A stretch of DNA of 64,000 nucleotides from Candidatus Angelobacter sp. Lineage in GTDB: Bacteria > Acidobacteriota > Terriglobia > Terriglobales > Acidobacteriaceae. Positions within the stretch are counted from its first letter, which is position 1; each line of letters starts with the position of its first letter. The stretch lies in the NCBI GenBank assembly GCA_036521855.1, contig DATDGY010000085.1, positions 87 through 64,086 of the forward strand. The letters run 5' to 3'. The translations under genes were made by a program, and so were the position numbers. The notes beneath the pieces were generated by a model. That model was given only the letters and a program-made list of their open reading frames with translations. It searched no databases and was not told the DNA's origin. This document shows positions 20,801 through 29,358 of the stretch, piece by piece.

Positions 20801-21385
20801 ATTGTTGCGGCCGCGCAGGCCGTTCACCCCAAATCCCACACCGCCGTTGAAGTCTGCAAAAGCGTTGTCGCGCGAGGAGGCAACGCCCGGCGCAAACAGC
20901 GCAACGTAATCCAATCCTTCGTTCGCCTCCAGGCCGGGCTGCGTGGTCAGAGTCTGGCCGGAGAAAGTGTTGGTCACCTGCGCCTGCGTGGATTCGATCA
21001 GAGGCGCAGCCGCGGTAACCTCCACCGTGGTGGTGGCGGATCCAACCGGGAGTTTAAGTGTGCCCAAACCGGTGTCATTCCCCGCGACTACGGTGATGTG
21101 GGTCTGCCGAATCGACTGGAACCCCGGAGCCTCGATTTCAATCGTGTAGTCGCCGGCCGGGATCAGGTTGAAGCGGAAGGAACCTGCGCTGTCGGTTGTG
21201 GTCGACTGCGCGTTCAACGTCGCTGTGTTGGTCGCTTTTACCTTCGCGTCTTTGATGACTGCGCCCTGTGGATCGGTGGCCGTTCCTGAAATGGAGCCTT
21301 TTAGAACCTGCCCCACCGCTATCACGGACAAGATAGCCAAACAAAGCACGACAAGGACAACGAGCCTGAAAAACCTTGGTCGCAT
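17822..21385 (-). CDS. TonB-dependent receptor-like outer-membrane protein with N-terminal carboxypeptidase regulatory-like domain (paralog 1)
   Basis: 1187 aa. Signal peptide; GSISGTATDPQGAVIKDAKVKATN (CarboxypepD_reg-like); plug/barrel-like sequence; C-terminal FGGAFRF ending in Phe. Confidence 0.9.
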   Translation of the reverse strand: MRPRFFRLVVLVVLCLAILSVIAVGQVLKGSISGTATDPQGAVIKDAKVKATNTATLNAQSTTTDSAGSFRFNLIPAGDYTIEIEAPGFQSIRQTHITVVAGNDTGLGTLKLPVGSATTTVEVTAAAPLIESTQAQVTNTFSGQTLTTQPGLEANEGLDYVALFAPGVASSRDNAFADFNGGVGFGVNGLRGRNNDQQIDGQNNNDNSVAGPSLTVTDPEWVSQYVLVTNNFGPEYGRNAGSVVNVITKQGGNQWHGSIYGYENNSVLNSMTNFQKNFAVNANGNPLTKPPRLNDEFTGVTLGGPWVKNRFFLAGGFNQQFVSTNTPFPSGAITPTPAGLTALASCFPTGASAQAVASLAKFGPFAISGGNPVPQNVTTGVVAACPQAEFGTLTRTLSTPRHVYDFFTRTDVTLNHDTFVARYIFNRNNLFSVDPGLSGAAAGYPINEPALAQAVLASWTHNFGSRMVNELRLAYGRLNVEFGGNSIGNTVPVVGQLTSALSQITFSNPAVNLGFGPINNLPQGRVVNTWQAQDNWNYVLGRHTVKAGVNWTYQQSPNVFLPNINGTFRFTDWNAFFANTPNRVQIANGVPELGFKEYDTFAYVGDDWKVNRSLTLNLGLTWTYYGKPADLLHTLTVQQQLNPATALWIAPPTLPLSVSTNPGIPGVYNSFGPSVGFAWAPQGGGMLTGHGKTVIRGGYRLSYDPPYYNIYLNVATSSPQVFLQTFSGPSVGSITMPAVPTGPNVRTLLSPFLQRGVFDPQVFNNTAIVPNFKPDQVSSWSFGIQREVAKNSAVEVRYVGNHALHLFQTVDGNPFISALQPAFPQFVPPGLTPCPATAQIGPGAGTDLGRVTCGPGVVRERTNDGFSHYNAVQAEFRANGLYNQLTLRTGYTYSKTSDNVSEIFSTAGNLGLGAGNTLAVPQNPTQPVHGEYSFSGLDYPNTFYVLGSEQLPFFREQHGWVGHILGGWAISANYLFQTGQRYTPVQASGLATLTAAGNFYDSAFLAAFNFGFDSARPFVGNLNAPETAVGIFAGDACSLFSVGCSLAPGQLISVNAINTQHGAAVAVTSNQVRFIMNGGTAQSIFGTPFGNAARNVVQDARTNIGNLAVSKSFNIKERASFEFRATCVNVLNHPNFQSVDPFLEDAGNFGAFNGFGNPHVSDTVSAVAIVPQNVATRRLIFGGAFRF

Positions 21386-21472
21386 TTCCTTATCCCCCTT
21401 ATGTCGGAGTGAAAAACCCTATACACGCAGCCGGGAACGAACTGGGGCCGCACATTGCTTGAGGATGGAGAC

Positions 21473-21488
21473 AGCAAGTGAACTGCCA
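21473..21488 (-). promoter_or_regulatory. sigma-54 (RpoN) -24/-12 promoter of paralog 1
   Basis: Minus strand TGGCAG-TTCAC-TTGCT versus consensus TGGCAC-N5-TTGCW. About 85 nt upstream of ATG 21385. Positionally conserved with 25445-25460. Confidence 0.65.
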
Positions 21489-21579
21489 CGACGCATCAGA
21501 GAGAGTTTCTCCCCTTCCATCCAGAAATTTGGAGAGGGTGAGTTCCCGGATTCCGTTTCTGGGAGCCCGAGCTGCCTGT

Positions 21580-21603
21580 CTGCAAACTCTTTCACGTTTG
21601 CAG
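21580..21603. promoter_or_regulatory. palindromic upstream site, candidate enhancer-binding-protein UAS (paralog 1)
   Basis: CTGCAAAC-N8-GTTTGCAG, centred about 105 nt upstream of the -24 element. Conserved with compensatory change at 25549-25579. Confidence 0.5.
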
Positions 21604-21735
21604 TTGGCTTCACACGGGCCGGCAATCCCGTGCACACTGACGGCAGGACCGGGCATTGCGGATGGGGCAGGAATGAGAGACTCCTGCGTCGTCGAACTAA
21701 GCCTTTAGCACAATATCTTTCTGCATCTTTCTGCC

Positions 21736-21763
21736 AAAAAAATCCGCCGGGACGGCCCGGCGG
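21736..21763 (-). terminator. Rho-independent terminator of TonB-receptor paralog 2
   Basis: Minus-strand RNA: CCGCCGGG-CCGU-CCCGGCGG followed by AUUUUUUU. Confidence 0.85.
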
Positions 21764-21792
21764 TTTAGGAGAGGAAGGAGAAACGCTTGAAG

Positions 21793-24700
21793 CTAGAATC
21801 TGAAAACGCCTCCGAAGATGAGTCGGCGGCTGGCCGAGTTAGGAAAGTTGATGGTGCCAGGGACGTTGTTGCTGACCTGGGGATTGCCAAAGCCGTTAAA
21901 CGGAGTGAAGTTGCCGGCATCCTCCACGAACGGATCGACGCTGGAGAAGTTGGGATGATTGAGGACGTTGACGCAGCTCGCCCTGAACTCGAACGAAGCT
22001 CGCTCCCTGATGTTGAAGTTCTTGGAGACGGACAGGTTGCCGATGTTGGTCCGGGCATCCTGCACAATGTTCCTGGGCATGTTGCCAAAGGGCGTACCGA
22101 AGATGGTCTGTGCTGTGCCTCCGTTCATAATGAAGCGCACCTGGTTGCTGGTAACTGGTATTGCAGCCCCATGCTGAGTGTTGATAGCGTTGACGCTGAT
22201 CAACTGGGTGGGGGAAAGTGCGCAACCCGCGCCGAAGAGCAGGCAGGCGTCACCGGCGAAGATGCCCACGGCCGTCTCCGGGGCGTTGAGGTTCCCGACG
22301 AACGGACGGGCGGTATCGATGCCGGAGTTGAACGCCGCGATGAAAGCCGAGTCATAGAAGTTTCCCGCGGCGGTCGCGTTTGCCAGTCCGCTGACCTGGG
22401 CGGGCGTGTAGCGTTGTCCGGTTTGGAAAAGGTAGTTAGCGGAGATGCCCCATCCGCCAAGGATATGGCCAGCCCAGCCGTGCTGATTCCTGAAGAATGG
22501 CAACTGCTCGCTAACCAGCGCGTAGAAAGTATTCGGGTAATCCAGGCCGGAGAACGAGTATTCCCCATGGACCGGCTGGGTTGGATTCTGCGGGAAGGCC
22601 AGAGTGTTGCCGGCGACGAACGTGCTGAAGATCTCGCTTACATTGTCCGAGGTCTTGCTGTAGGTGTAGCCGGCGCGCATCGTCAACTGTTGATACAAGC
22701 CGTTGGCGCGAACCTCAGCTTGCACGGCGTTGTAGTGGGAGTAACCGCTGTTCGTCCGCTGGCGCAGGACGCCCGGCCCGCAATTGACACGGCCCAGATC
22801 GGTGGGGGTTGGTATCCCAGTCACCGGGCTAGGTAGGAAGGGCCCCACCTGCGCTGTCGCCGGGCAAGGAGTCAGGCCGGGAGGAACAAACTGCGGGAAA
22901 GACGACTGAAGGTCGGTGATAAAGGGGTTGCCGTCCACGCTCTGGAAGAGATGCAGGGCATGGTTTCCGACATATCGTACCTCAACCACCGAGTTCTTGC
23001 TGACCTCCCGCTGGACGCCGAAAGTCCAGGAGCTGACTTGGTCGGGCTTGAAGTTGGGAACGATGGTGGTCTGATTGAAGATTTGGGGATCGAACACTCC
23101 CTTCTGGATGAAGGGAGCCAACTGCGCGCGCACGTTGGGCCCGGTAGGCGTTGCCTGCAAAGGTAATCCGGCTGCACTGGTGCCCGTGAAAGTTTGCGAA
23201 AACACCTGCGGCGCCGAAGTGGCAACGTTGAGGTAGATGTTGTAGAACGGCGGATCGTACGACAGCCGGTAGCCGCCGCGGATGACGGTCTTGCCTCGGC
23301 CAGTAAGCATCCCTCCGCGCTGCGGCGCCCAGGCGAAGCCTGCGCTCGGCCCAAAGCTGTTGTAAACGCCGGGAATGCCGGGGTTGGTGGTCACGGAAAG
23401 CGGCAGAGCCGGGTTCCAGAGCCGAGTGGCCGGATTGAGTTGTTGGTTGACGGTAATCGTATTGAGGAGGTCGGCGGGCTTGCCGTAATACGTCCAGGTC
23501 AGGCCGAGATTCAACGTCAAATTCCGAGTGGCCTTCCAGTCATCGCCCACGTACGCAAAGGTGTCATATTCCTTGAAGCCTAGCTCCGTAACTCCGTTCG
23601 CGATCGAGACGATCGACGGGGTGTTGGCAAAGAAACCATTCCAGTCGGGAAACAGGAATTGTCCATTGACGTTAGGCAGGAAGGTGTTGGGCGACTGCTG
23701 GTAGGTCCAGTTAGCGCCGAGCTTGAAGGTGTGCCGGCCCCTGACGTAATTGAAGTTGTCCTGCGCCTGCCAAGTGTTGACGAAACGGCCCTGGGGAAAG
23801 GTGTTAGCCGGTCCAAAACCTACGTTCGCCGCGGGGTTTTGAAAGGTAACGTTCGTCAGCGCATTGGTGAGTTGGCCCACCTGCGGAACCGTGTTACCGA
23901 TGGTGTTGCCGCCAAACTCGACATTCAGGCGTCCGTAAGCCAGGCGCAGCTCGTTTACCATGCGGGCGCCGATGTTGTGAGTCCAACTGGCCAGAGTGGC
24001 CTGGCTCAAAGCCGGTTCGTTGAATGGATATCCAACTGACGCACCTTGCGCGCCGTCATCCAGGTTGGAGAAATTGCTGCGGTTGTAGATATAGCGGGCC
24101 ACAAAGGTGTCATGCGACAATTGCACGTCCGCCCGGGTGTAGAAGTCATAGGCGCGGAAGGGCGTAGAGAGATTCCGGACCACGGTGCCGAATTCCGCTT
24201 GCGGGCAGGCAGTGACTACGCCGGTGGTGACGTTTTGCGCGACGGGACTGCCGCCCTTCACGGCAAACGGTCCGAACGAGCTCACAGCCGCCACAGCTTG
24301 CGCACCTGCTCCAGTCGGGAAGCAGGAAGCGAGCGCGACCAGCCCTGCTGGAGTCGGCGTAATACCCGAACTGGCAAACGGTGTGTTGGTGCTCGTGAAC
24401 TCCTGGTTAAAGGCTCCGGACAAGAAAAACTTGTTCTTGACCCAAGGACCACCGAGGGTCACGCCGGTGAATTCGTCGTTCAGCCGGGGCGGCTTGGTGA
24501 GTGGGTTTCCGTTGACGTCCACATCGAAGTTCTTCTGGAAGTTGGTCATCGCGTTGAGAACAGAGTTGTTCTCGTAGCCGTAAATGCTGCCATGCCACTG
24601 GTTGCCGCCCTGCTTGGTAAGAACGTTGACGACCGAACCGGCATTGCGTCCGTATTCCGGCCCGAAGTTGTTCGTAATCAGAACATACTGGCTGACCCAC

Positions 24701-25362
24701 TCCGGATCGGTCACGAACAAGCTGGGCCCAGCCACGCTGTTGTCATTGTTGTTCTGGCCGTCAATCTGCTGGTCATTGTTGCGTCCGCGTATGCCATTCA
24801 CGGAAAATCCCAGCCCGCCGTTGAGGTTGGAAAAGTTATTGTCGCGCGAGGGGCTTACGCCCGGTGCAAACAACGCGATGTTGTCCAGCCCTTCGTTGGC
24901 TTGCACACCGGGCTGGGCGCTTAGGGTCTGACCCGAGAAGGTGTTGGTGACCTGTGCCTGCGTGGACTCGATCAGCGGGGCAGCGGCCGTGACTTCTACC
25001 GTGGTGCTGGTATCGCCGACTTCAAGCTTGAACGAACCCAGGCCGGTATCACTGCCGGCGACAACCGTGATGTGGGTCTGCTGCAGCGTTTTGAAGCCTG
25101 GGGCCGAGATTTCGATCTTGTAGTCGCCGGCGGGAATCAGGTTGAAGCGGAAAGAACCGTTGCTGTCGGTGGTTTCGGTCCGTTCGTTCAATGTGGCTGT
25201 GTTGGTCGCCTTGACCTTCGCGTCCTTGATGACTGCGCCCTGCGGATCGGTGGCCGTTCCAGAAATGGAGCCTTTCAGAACCTGACCCACCGCCGCAACG
25301 CAGAGAATAAGTGCCAAGCTAAACGCGACAGGGATTAGAAGCCTTACAAACCTTGTGTGCAT
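21793..25362 (-). CDS. TonB-dependent receptor-like outer-membrane protein with carboxypeptidase regulatory-like domain (paralog 2)
   Basis: ORF 21793..25461. Start placed at ATG 25362 (MHTRFVRLLIPVAFSLALILCVAAVGQ) with GGAGA upstream. Roughly 75-80 percent identical by eye to paralog 1. C-terminal FGGVFRF. Confidence 0.9.
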   Translation of the reverse strand: MHTRFVRLLIPVAFSLALILCVAAVGQVLKGSISGTATDPQGAVIKDAKVKATNTATLNERTETTDSNGSFRFNLIPAGDYKIEISAPGFKTLQQTHITVVAGSDTGLGSFKLEVGDTSTTVEVTAAAPLIESTQAQVTNTFSGQTLSAQPGVQANEGLDNIALFAPGVSPSRDNNFSNLNGGLGFSVNGIRGRNNDQQIDGQNNNDNSVAGPSLFVTDPEWVSQYVLITNNFGPEYGRNAGSVVNVLTKQGGNQWHGSIYGYENNSVLNAMTNFQKNFDVDVNGNPLTKPPRLNDEFTGVTLGGPWVKNKFFLSGAFNQEFTSTNTPFASSGITPTPAGLVALASCFPTGAGAQAVAAVSSFGPFAVKGGSPVAQNVTTGVVTACPQAEFGTVVRNLSTPFRAYDFYTRADVQLSHDTFVARYIYNRSNFSNLDDGAQGASVGYPFNEPALSQATLASWTHNIGARMVNELRLAYGRLNVEFGGNTIGNTVPQVGQLTNALTNVTFQNPAANVGFGPANTFPQGRFVNTWQAQDNFNYVRGRHTFKLGANWTYQQSPNTFLPNVNGQFLFPDWNGFFANTPSIVSIANGVTELGFKEYDTFAYVGDDWKATRNLTLNLGLTWTYYGKPADLLNTITVNQQLNPATRLWNPALPLSVTTNPGIPGVYNSFGPSAGFAWAPQRGGMLTGRGKTVIRGGYRLSYDPPFYNIYLNVATSAPQVFSQTFTGTSAAGLPLQATPTGPNVRAQLAPFIQKGVFDPQIFNQTTIVPNFKPDQVSSWTFGVQREVSKNSVVEVRYVGNHALHLFQSVDGNPFITDLQSSFPQFVPPGLTPCPATAQVGPFLPSPVTGIPTPTDLGRVNCGPGVLRQRTNSGYSHYNAVQAEVRANGLYQQLTMRAGYTYSKTSDNVSEIFSTFVAGNTLAFPQNPTQPVHGEYSFSGLDYPNTFYALVSEQLPFFRNQHGWAGHILGGWGISANYLFQTGQRYTPAQVSGLANATAAGNFYDSAFIAAFNSGIDTARPFVGNLNAPETAVGIFAGDACLLFGAGCALSPTQLISVNAINTQHGAAIPVTSNQVRFIMNGGTAQTIFGTPFGNMPRNIVQDARTNIGNLSVSKNFNIRERASFEFRASCVNVLNHPNFSSVDPFVEDAGNFTPFNGFGNPQVSNNVPGTINFPNSASRRLIFGGVFRF

Positions 25363-25444
25363 TCCATTGTCTCCATTACATCGGAATAAAAGCTCTGCAG
25401 AGCCAGCCGGGGAACAATCCTGGGTCGCATTGCTCCATAGAGAA

Positions 25445-25460
25445 TGCAACTCAAGTGCCA
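25445..25460 (-). promoter_or_regulatory. sigma-54 (RpoN) -24/-12 promoter of paralog 2
   Basis: Minus strand TGGCAC-TTGAG-TTGCA, a perfect match to TGGCAC-N5-TTGCW. About 80 nt upstream of ATG 25362. Confidence 0.7.
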
Positions 25461-25548
25461 CAAGGATTCAGAGAGAGCAGCCCCTTTTCCCTCCAGAATT
25501 TTGAACATTCTGAGTGGCCCGATTCCGTTTCTTGGAACCGGAGCTGCC

Positions 25549-25579
25549 GCTCTGCAAACCCTTTCACTGCTTGCAGAGC
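25549..25579. promoter_or_regulatory. palindromic upstream site, candidate enhancer-binding-protein UAS (paralog 2)
   Basis: Minus strand GCTCTGCAAGC-AGTGAAAGG-GTTTGCAGAGC. Same spacing to the -24 element as in paralog 1. Confidence 0.5.
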
Positions 25580-25672
25580 TCTTCACACTTGGATCGGAGG
25601 TTTAATGTGAGTTCCTAAGAGGTGAGGGACGCTGTCTCGTAGACACTCAACGCCGGCGCGTCGCGGCCGCTC

Positions 25673-28600
25673 TCAAACCACGAAGTATTTTGCCTGCGGA
25701 TGATGGACCACGATCGCAGAAGTGGATTGTTCAGGCTCCATGTGGTAGCCGGTGGTCAGGCGCACGCCGATATTTTCTTCAGGTTTGAGCAACGCAAAAA
25801 TCTTGGTCTGGTCTTCCAGGTTCGGGCATGCCGGATAGCCGAAGGAATAGCGCGAGCCGCGATACTTCTGGTGGAACAGGTCGCCGACGCGGGGCGCGTC
25901 GTCGCCGGCGAAGCCCAGTTCCTCGCGCACATTTTTGTGAAACAGCTCGGCTAGCGCCTCCGCTGTCTCCACGCTCAGTCCATGCAGGTACAGGTACTTC
26001 GTGAACTCGCCGGCGTCAAACAATTTCTTGGTCTCCAGGGACGCGCGGTCGCCGATGGTAACCACAGAAACGCCGATGACATCGAATTGTCCTGACTGCT
26101 TGGGCAGAAAGAAGTCGGCGATGGAGAGCTTGCGTCCTTCGCGCTGGCGCGGGAAAGTAAAACGCTCGATCTCGGCGCCGCCCGGCGAATCGTAAAGGAC
26201 AACGTCATTGCCTTCGCTCTGGCAGGCGAAGTATCCGTAAACAACTTTTGGCTCGAACCAGCCTTTCGCCACTACCTCTCTTTGCAGATCATGAAAGATC
26301 GGAACGTACTTTTCCTCTACGAGCCGGGCATAGTCCGCTTGCGAAGCAGTTTTGAGCTGCCACTGGTTCTTGAAGAGCGCCGTGTGGTTGATGTAACCGA
26401 AGATCTCGTCCAAATCGAAGTCCTTGCGCACGCGCACCCCATAAAAAGGAGGCTTGGGAATATTGGGCGCCGCTTGCACGACCGCGGAACGCTCCGTGCT
26501 CAGCGACGCCTCTCCGCCCGAAGCGGCAACTGCCTTGGCAAACTGTTTGACTTTGCGGCCTTCCTCCAGGCGGATCTCGCGTTTCCCGTTGGCCGAAATC
26601 AGGTCGTCCATGATATGCAGGCCGGCGAAGGCATCGTCCGCATAGAACACGGAATTGGTGTACTCTCGGCGCAGATCATCTTCCACGTACTTGCGGGTGA
26701 GGGCGGCGCCGCCGCAGATCACCGGAAACTCGAGCTTCTGCGCTTCCAGGTCCTGGATAACGTACTTCATCTCCAGCGTGGACTTCACCAGCAAACCGCT
26801 GAGGCCGATGGCGTGGGCGCCGTGCTCCTGGGCCGCGGCGATAATCGTGTCCGATGGCTGCTTGATGCCAAGGTTAACTACCTTGTAACCATTGTTGCTG
26901 AGGATGATGTCCACCAGGTTCTTGCCGATGTCGTGAACATCGCCCTTCACCGTGGCCAGCACGATGGTTCCCTTCTGCGCGCCGTCTTTTTTCTCCATCT
27001 TAGGCTCAAGATAGCCGACAGCCTGCTTCATGACTCCGGCGGAATCGAGCACCGAAGGCAACTGCATCTTGCGGGCGCCAAACAGTTCGCCCACCGTCTT
27101 CATGCCGTCAAGCAGGACGTTATTGATCAAATCCAAAGGAGAGTAGGAGACAAGCGCGTCTTCCAGGATCTGCTCCAGCGATCGCCGCTGTGCGCCTTCG
27201 CCCAGTCCTTTTTCGCCGTTGATGATGCATCGCTTCAGCTTGTCTTCGACGGAGAGCGACTCCACCGGCGCGGCTTCCGTCTGCGGCTGCTGGTCGCGAC
27301 CGGTGAAGTGGGCCAGATAGGCTTGCAGCGGGTCGCCGTTCGCGCGATCAAAATAGATCAGTTTGCGCGCCAGCTCGGCTTCAGCTTCGGGAATCTTGTA
27401 CAGCGGGTAAATCTTGGCGTAGTTCACAATGGCCATATCCAGGCCATGGTCCACGGCTTCTTTCATGAACACCGAGTTCAGCACCCGCCGCGCGTACGTA
27501 TTCAGGCCGAAAGAGATGTTGCTCACGCCCAGGATGGTCTTCACCTCCGGCAGCTCCCGCTTGATCTGTTTGAGCGCGTTCAGCGTCTCGATGCCGGCGT
27601 TGCGGTATTCTTCCTGGCCCGTAGAGATGGGCAACGTCAGCGCATCAAAAATCAGGTCCACGGGGCGGATGCCGTACTTCTCCGTGGCCAGTTTGAAGAT
27701 GCGCTTGGCAATGGCGGTCTTCTTGTCGGCGGTCAGCGCCATGCCTTCTTCATCGATGGTCAGGGCAATCACCGCGGCGCCATAGCGTTTGGCCATGGGC
27801 AGGACTTTGGAAGTGCGCTTCTCGCCGTCTTCCAGGTTGATGGAATTGATGATGGCCTTCCCCGGTATTCGCTTGAGGGCTTCTTCGATGACGTCGGCCT
27901 CGGTGGAGTCAACGAGGATCGGCGCCGGCACACGGGTGGCAACCTTCTCCAGGATCGAGCTGATGTAGCCCTTCTCGTCCTCGCCCACAATGGCACAGCA
28001 GAGGTCGAGCATGTGCGAGCCTTCGTTGGCCAGCTTTTTGGCCAGGGCCAGGATGTCGTCATACTTGCCGCCCCGGACCATATTCTTGAAGTGCTCCACG
28101 CGCGTGGTGGTGTTCATTTCTTCGGCCACGATCAGGGGTTTGGGGTCCAGGTCAAGCGGCACCATGCTGTAAGCGCTGGCCGCCGCCGCCGTGACAGTTA
28201 GTTCGCGACGCGCCGGCTCCAGGTTGGCGCAGGTATCCGCGACAACCTTAATATGCGCGGGCGTGGTGCCACAGCAACCGCCCACGATGCGTACGCCGTA
28301 TTCGGTGATGAACTTCTTGTGATATTCGGCGAGATCATGCGGCGTGAGGCGGTAGTGTGCGACCCCGCCGACGTTTTCCGGCAGGCCGGCGTTGGGCAGC
28401 ACGGAGATTTCTTTCGGCGCATTGTGGGCCAGATAGCGGACGGAGTCGTTCATCTCCTTCGGCCCGGTGGCGCAGTTCAGCCCGATGATCTCGCAATCGT
28501 AGGGCTCAAGCGCTGTCTCCGCCGCGCCAATGTCGGTGCCCAGAAGCATGGTTCCCGTAGCTTCCAGCGTCACTTGCGTTTGTACTGGCAATCGCTTCCC

Positions 28601-29137
28601 TGCCTGCTTCATGGCGTCGAAGACGGCGGCCAGGGCGATCTTGGTTTGCAGAATGTCCTGTGAAGTTTCAATGAGCAAAATATCCACGCCACCAGCGATC
28701 AGGCCCAGCGCCTGTTCAAGATACGACTTCCACATCACTTCGAAGCTAGTCTGCCCGAGTGAAGGCAGCTTGGTGGTCGGCCCCATGGACCCGGCAACAA
28801 ATCGCGGCTTGCCGTTGCCGGAGAAGTCGGCGGCAACTTCCCGGGCCAGTTCCGCCGCGCGCTTGTTGATCTCGTGGACCTTATCTTGAAGAGCGAATTC
28901 ACGCAGGACCAGGCTGGTGCCGCCGAAAGTATTGGTCTCCACCACGTCGGCGCCGGCTTTGAAGTAGGCCGCATGGATGTCTTTGATCATGTCCGGGCGG
29001 CTCAAGACCAGGACTTCGGAGCAGTTCTCTTTGCCCCAGAAATCGTCGAGCGAAGGATTGCGCTCTTGAATCTGAGTGCCCATGGCGCCGTCGTAGATGA
29101 CGACGCGTTCGCGAACTGTTTCTAGAAAGGATTTCAT
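25673..29137 (-). CDS. metH: cobalamin-dependent methionine synthase
   Basis: 1154 aa. N-terminal homocysteine S-methyltransferase domain, pterin-binding domain, B12-binding motif GDVHDIGKN, and C-terminal AdoMet-activation domain. Confidence 0.95.
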   Translation of the reverse strand: MKSFLETVRERVVIYDGAMGTQIQERNPSLDDFWGKENCSEVLVLSRPDMIKDIHAAYFKAGADVVETNTFGGTSLVLREFALQDKVHEINKRAAELAREVAADFSGNGKPRFVAGSMGPTTKLPSLGQTSFEVMWKSYLEQALGLIAGGVDILLIETSQDILQTKIALAAVFDAMKQAGKRLPVQTQVTLEATGTMLLGTDIGAAETALEPYDCEIIGLNCATGPKEMNDSVRYLAHNAPKEISVLPNAGLPENVGGVAHYRLTPHDLAEYHKKFITEYGVRIVGGCCGTTPAHIKVVADTCANLEPARRELTVTAAAASAYSMVPLDLDPKPLIVAEEMNTTTRVEHFKNMVRGGKYDDILALAKKLANEGSHMLDLCCAIVGEDEKGYISSILEKVATRVPAPILVDSTEADVIEEALKRIPGKAIINSINLEDGEKRTSKVLPMAKRYGAAVIALTIDEEGMALTADKKTAIAKRIFKLATEKYGIRPVDLIFDALTLPISTGQEEYRNAGIETLNALKQIKRELPEVKTILGVSNISFGLNTYARRVLNSVFMKEAVDHGLDMAIVNYAKIYPLYKIPEAEAELARKLIYFDRANGDPLQAYLAHFTGRDQQPQTEAAPVESLSVEDKLKRCIINGEKGLGEGAQRRSLEQILEDALVSYSPLDLINNVLLDGMKTVGELFGARKMQLPSVLDSAGVMKQAVGYLEPKMEKKDGAQKGTIVLATVKGDVHDIGKNLVDIILSNNGYKVVNLGIKQPSDTIIAAAQEHGAHAIGLSGLLVKSTLEMKYVIQDLEAQKLEFPVICGGAALTRKYVEDDLRREYTNSVFYADDAFAGLHIMDDLISANGKREIRLEEGRKVKQFAKAVAASGGEASLSTERSAVVQAAPNIPKPPFYGVRVRKDFDLDEIFGYINHTALFKNQWQLKTASQADYARLVEEKYVPIFHDLQREVVAKGWFEPKVVYGYFACQSEGNDVVLYDSPGGAEIERFTFPRQREGRKLSIADFFLPKQSGQFDVIGVSVVTIGDRASLETKKLFDAGEFTKYLYLHGLSVETAEALAELFHKNVREELGFAGDDAPRVGDLFHQKYRGSRYSFGYPACPNLEDQTKIFALLKPEENIGVRLTTGYHMEPEQSTSAIVVHHPQAKYFVV

Positions 29138-29358
29138 CTCGGCTCAGTCGAGACCCTTCTTGACTCTGCTTTGACGGGGTTCCCGCTGTGCTCTCTATTG
29201 TAACCGCTCAGCGCTGGATCGGCTTGGGCGCGGATGCGATGGGTAACGGCCCTGGCGACTTGGGAAGTACGGTCCTGTTCGACGTGTGATTGGGCTCGAG
29301 CTGCGGCGTGACGAAAGGCGTACCATTAAAGGTAGCGAAGGAGAGAAGGTGGAAACCA

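Noticed and set aside
29138-29358. Possible SAM, SAH or cobalamin riboswitch in the metH leader. I also looked for a THF or ZTP riboswitch upstream of fhs (40695-40920) and a glycine riboswitch upstream of the GcvT-like gene
   Set aside because: - I could not find the conserved cores I remember for these classes, such as the B12 box, the SAM-I GAGGGA/ACCC-type junctions, or the ZTP CCGCCTGGGCA-type 3' hairpin.
- Only an Rfam/Infernal scan could settle it. A hit above the gathering threshold would overturn this rejection.
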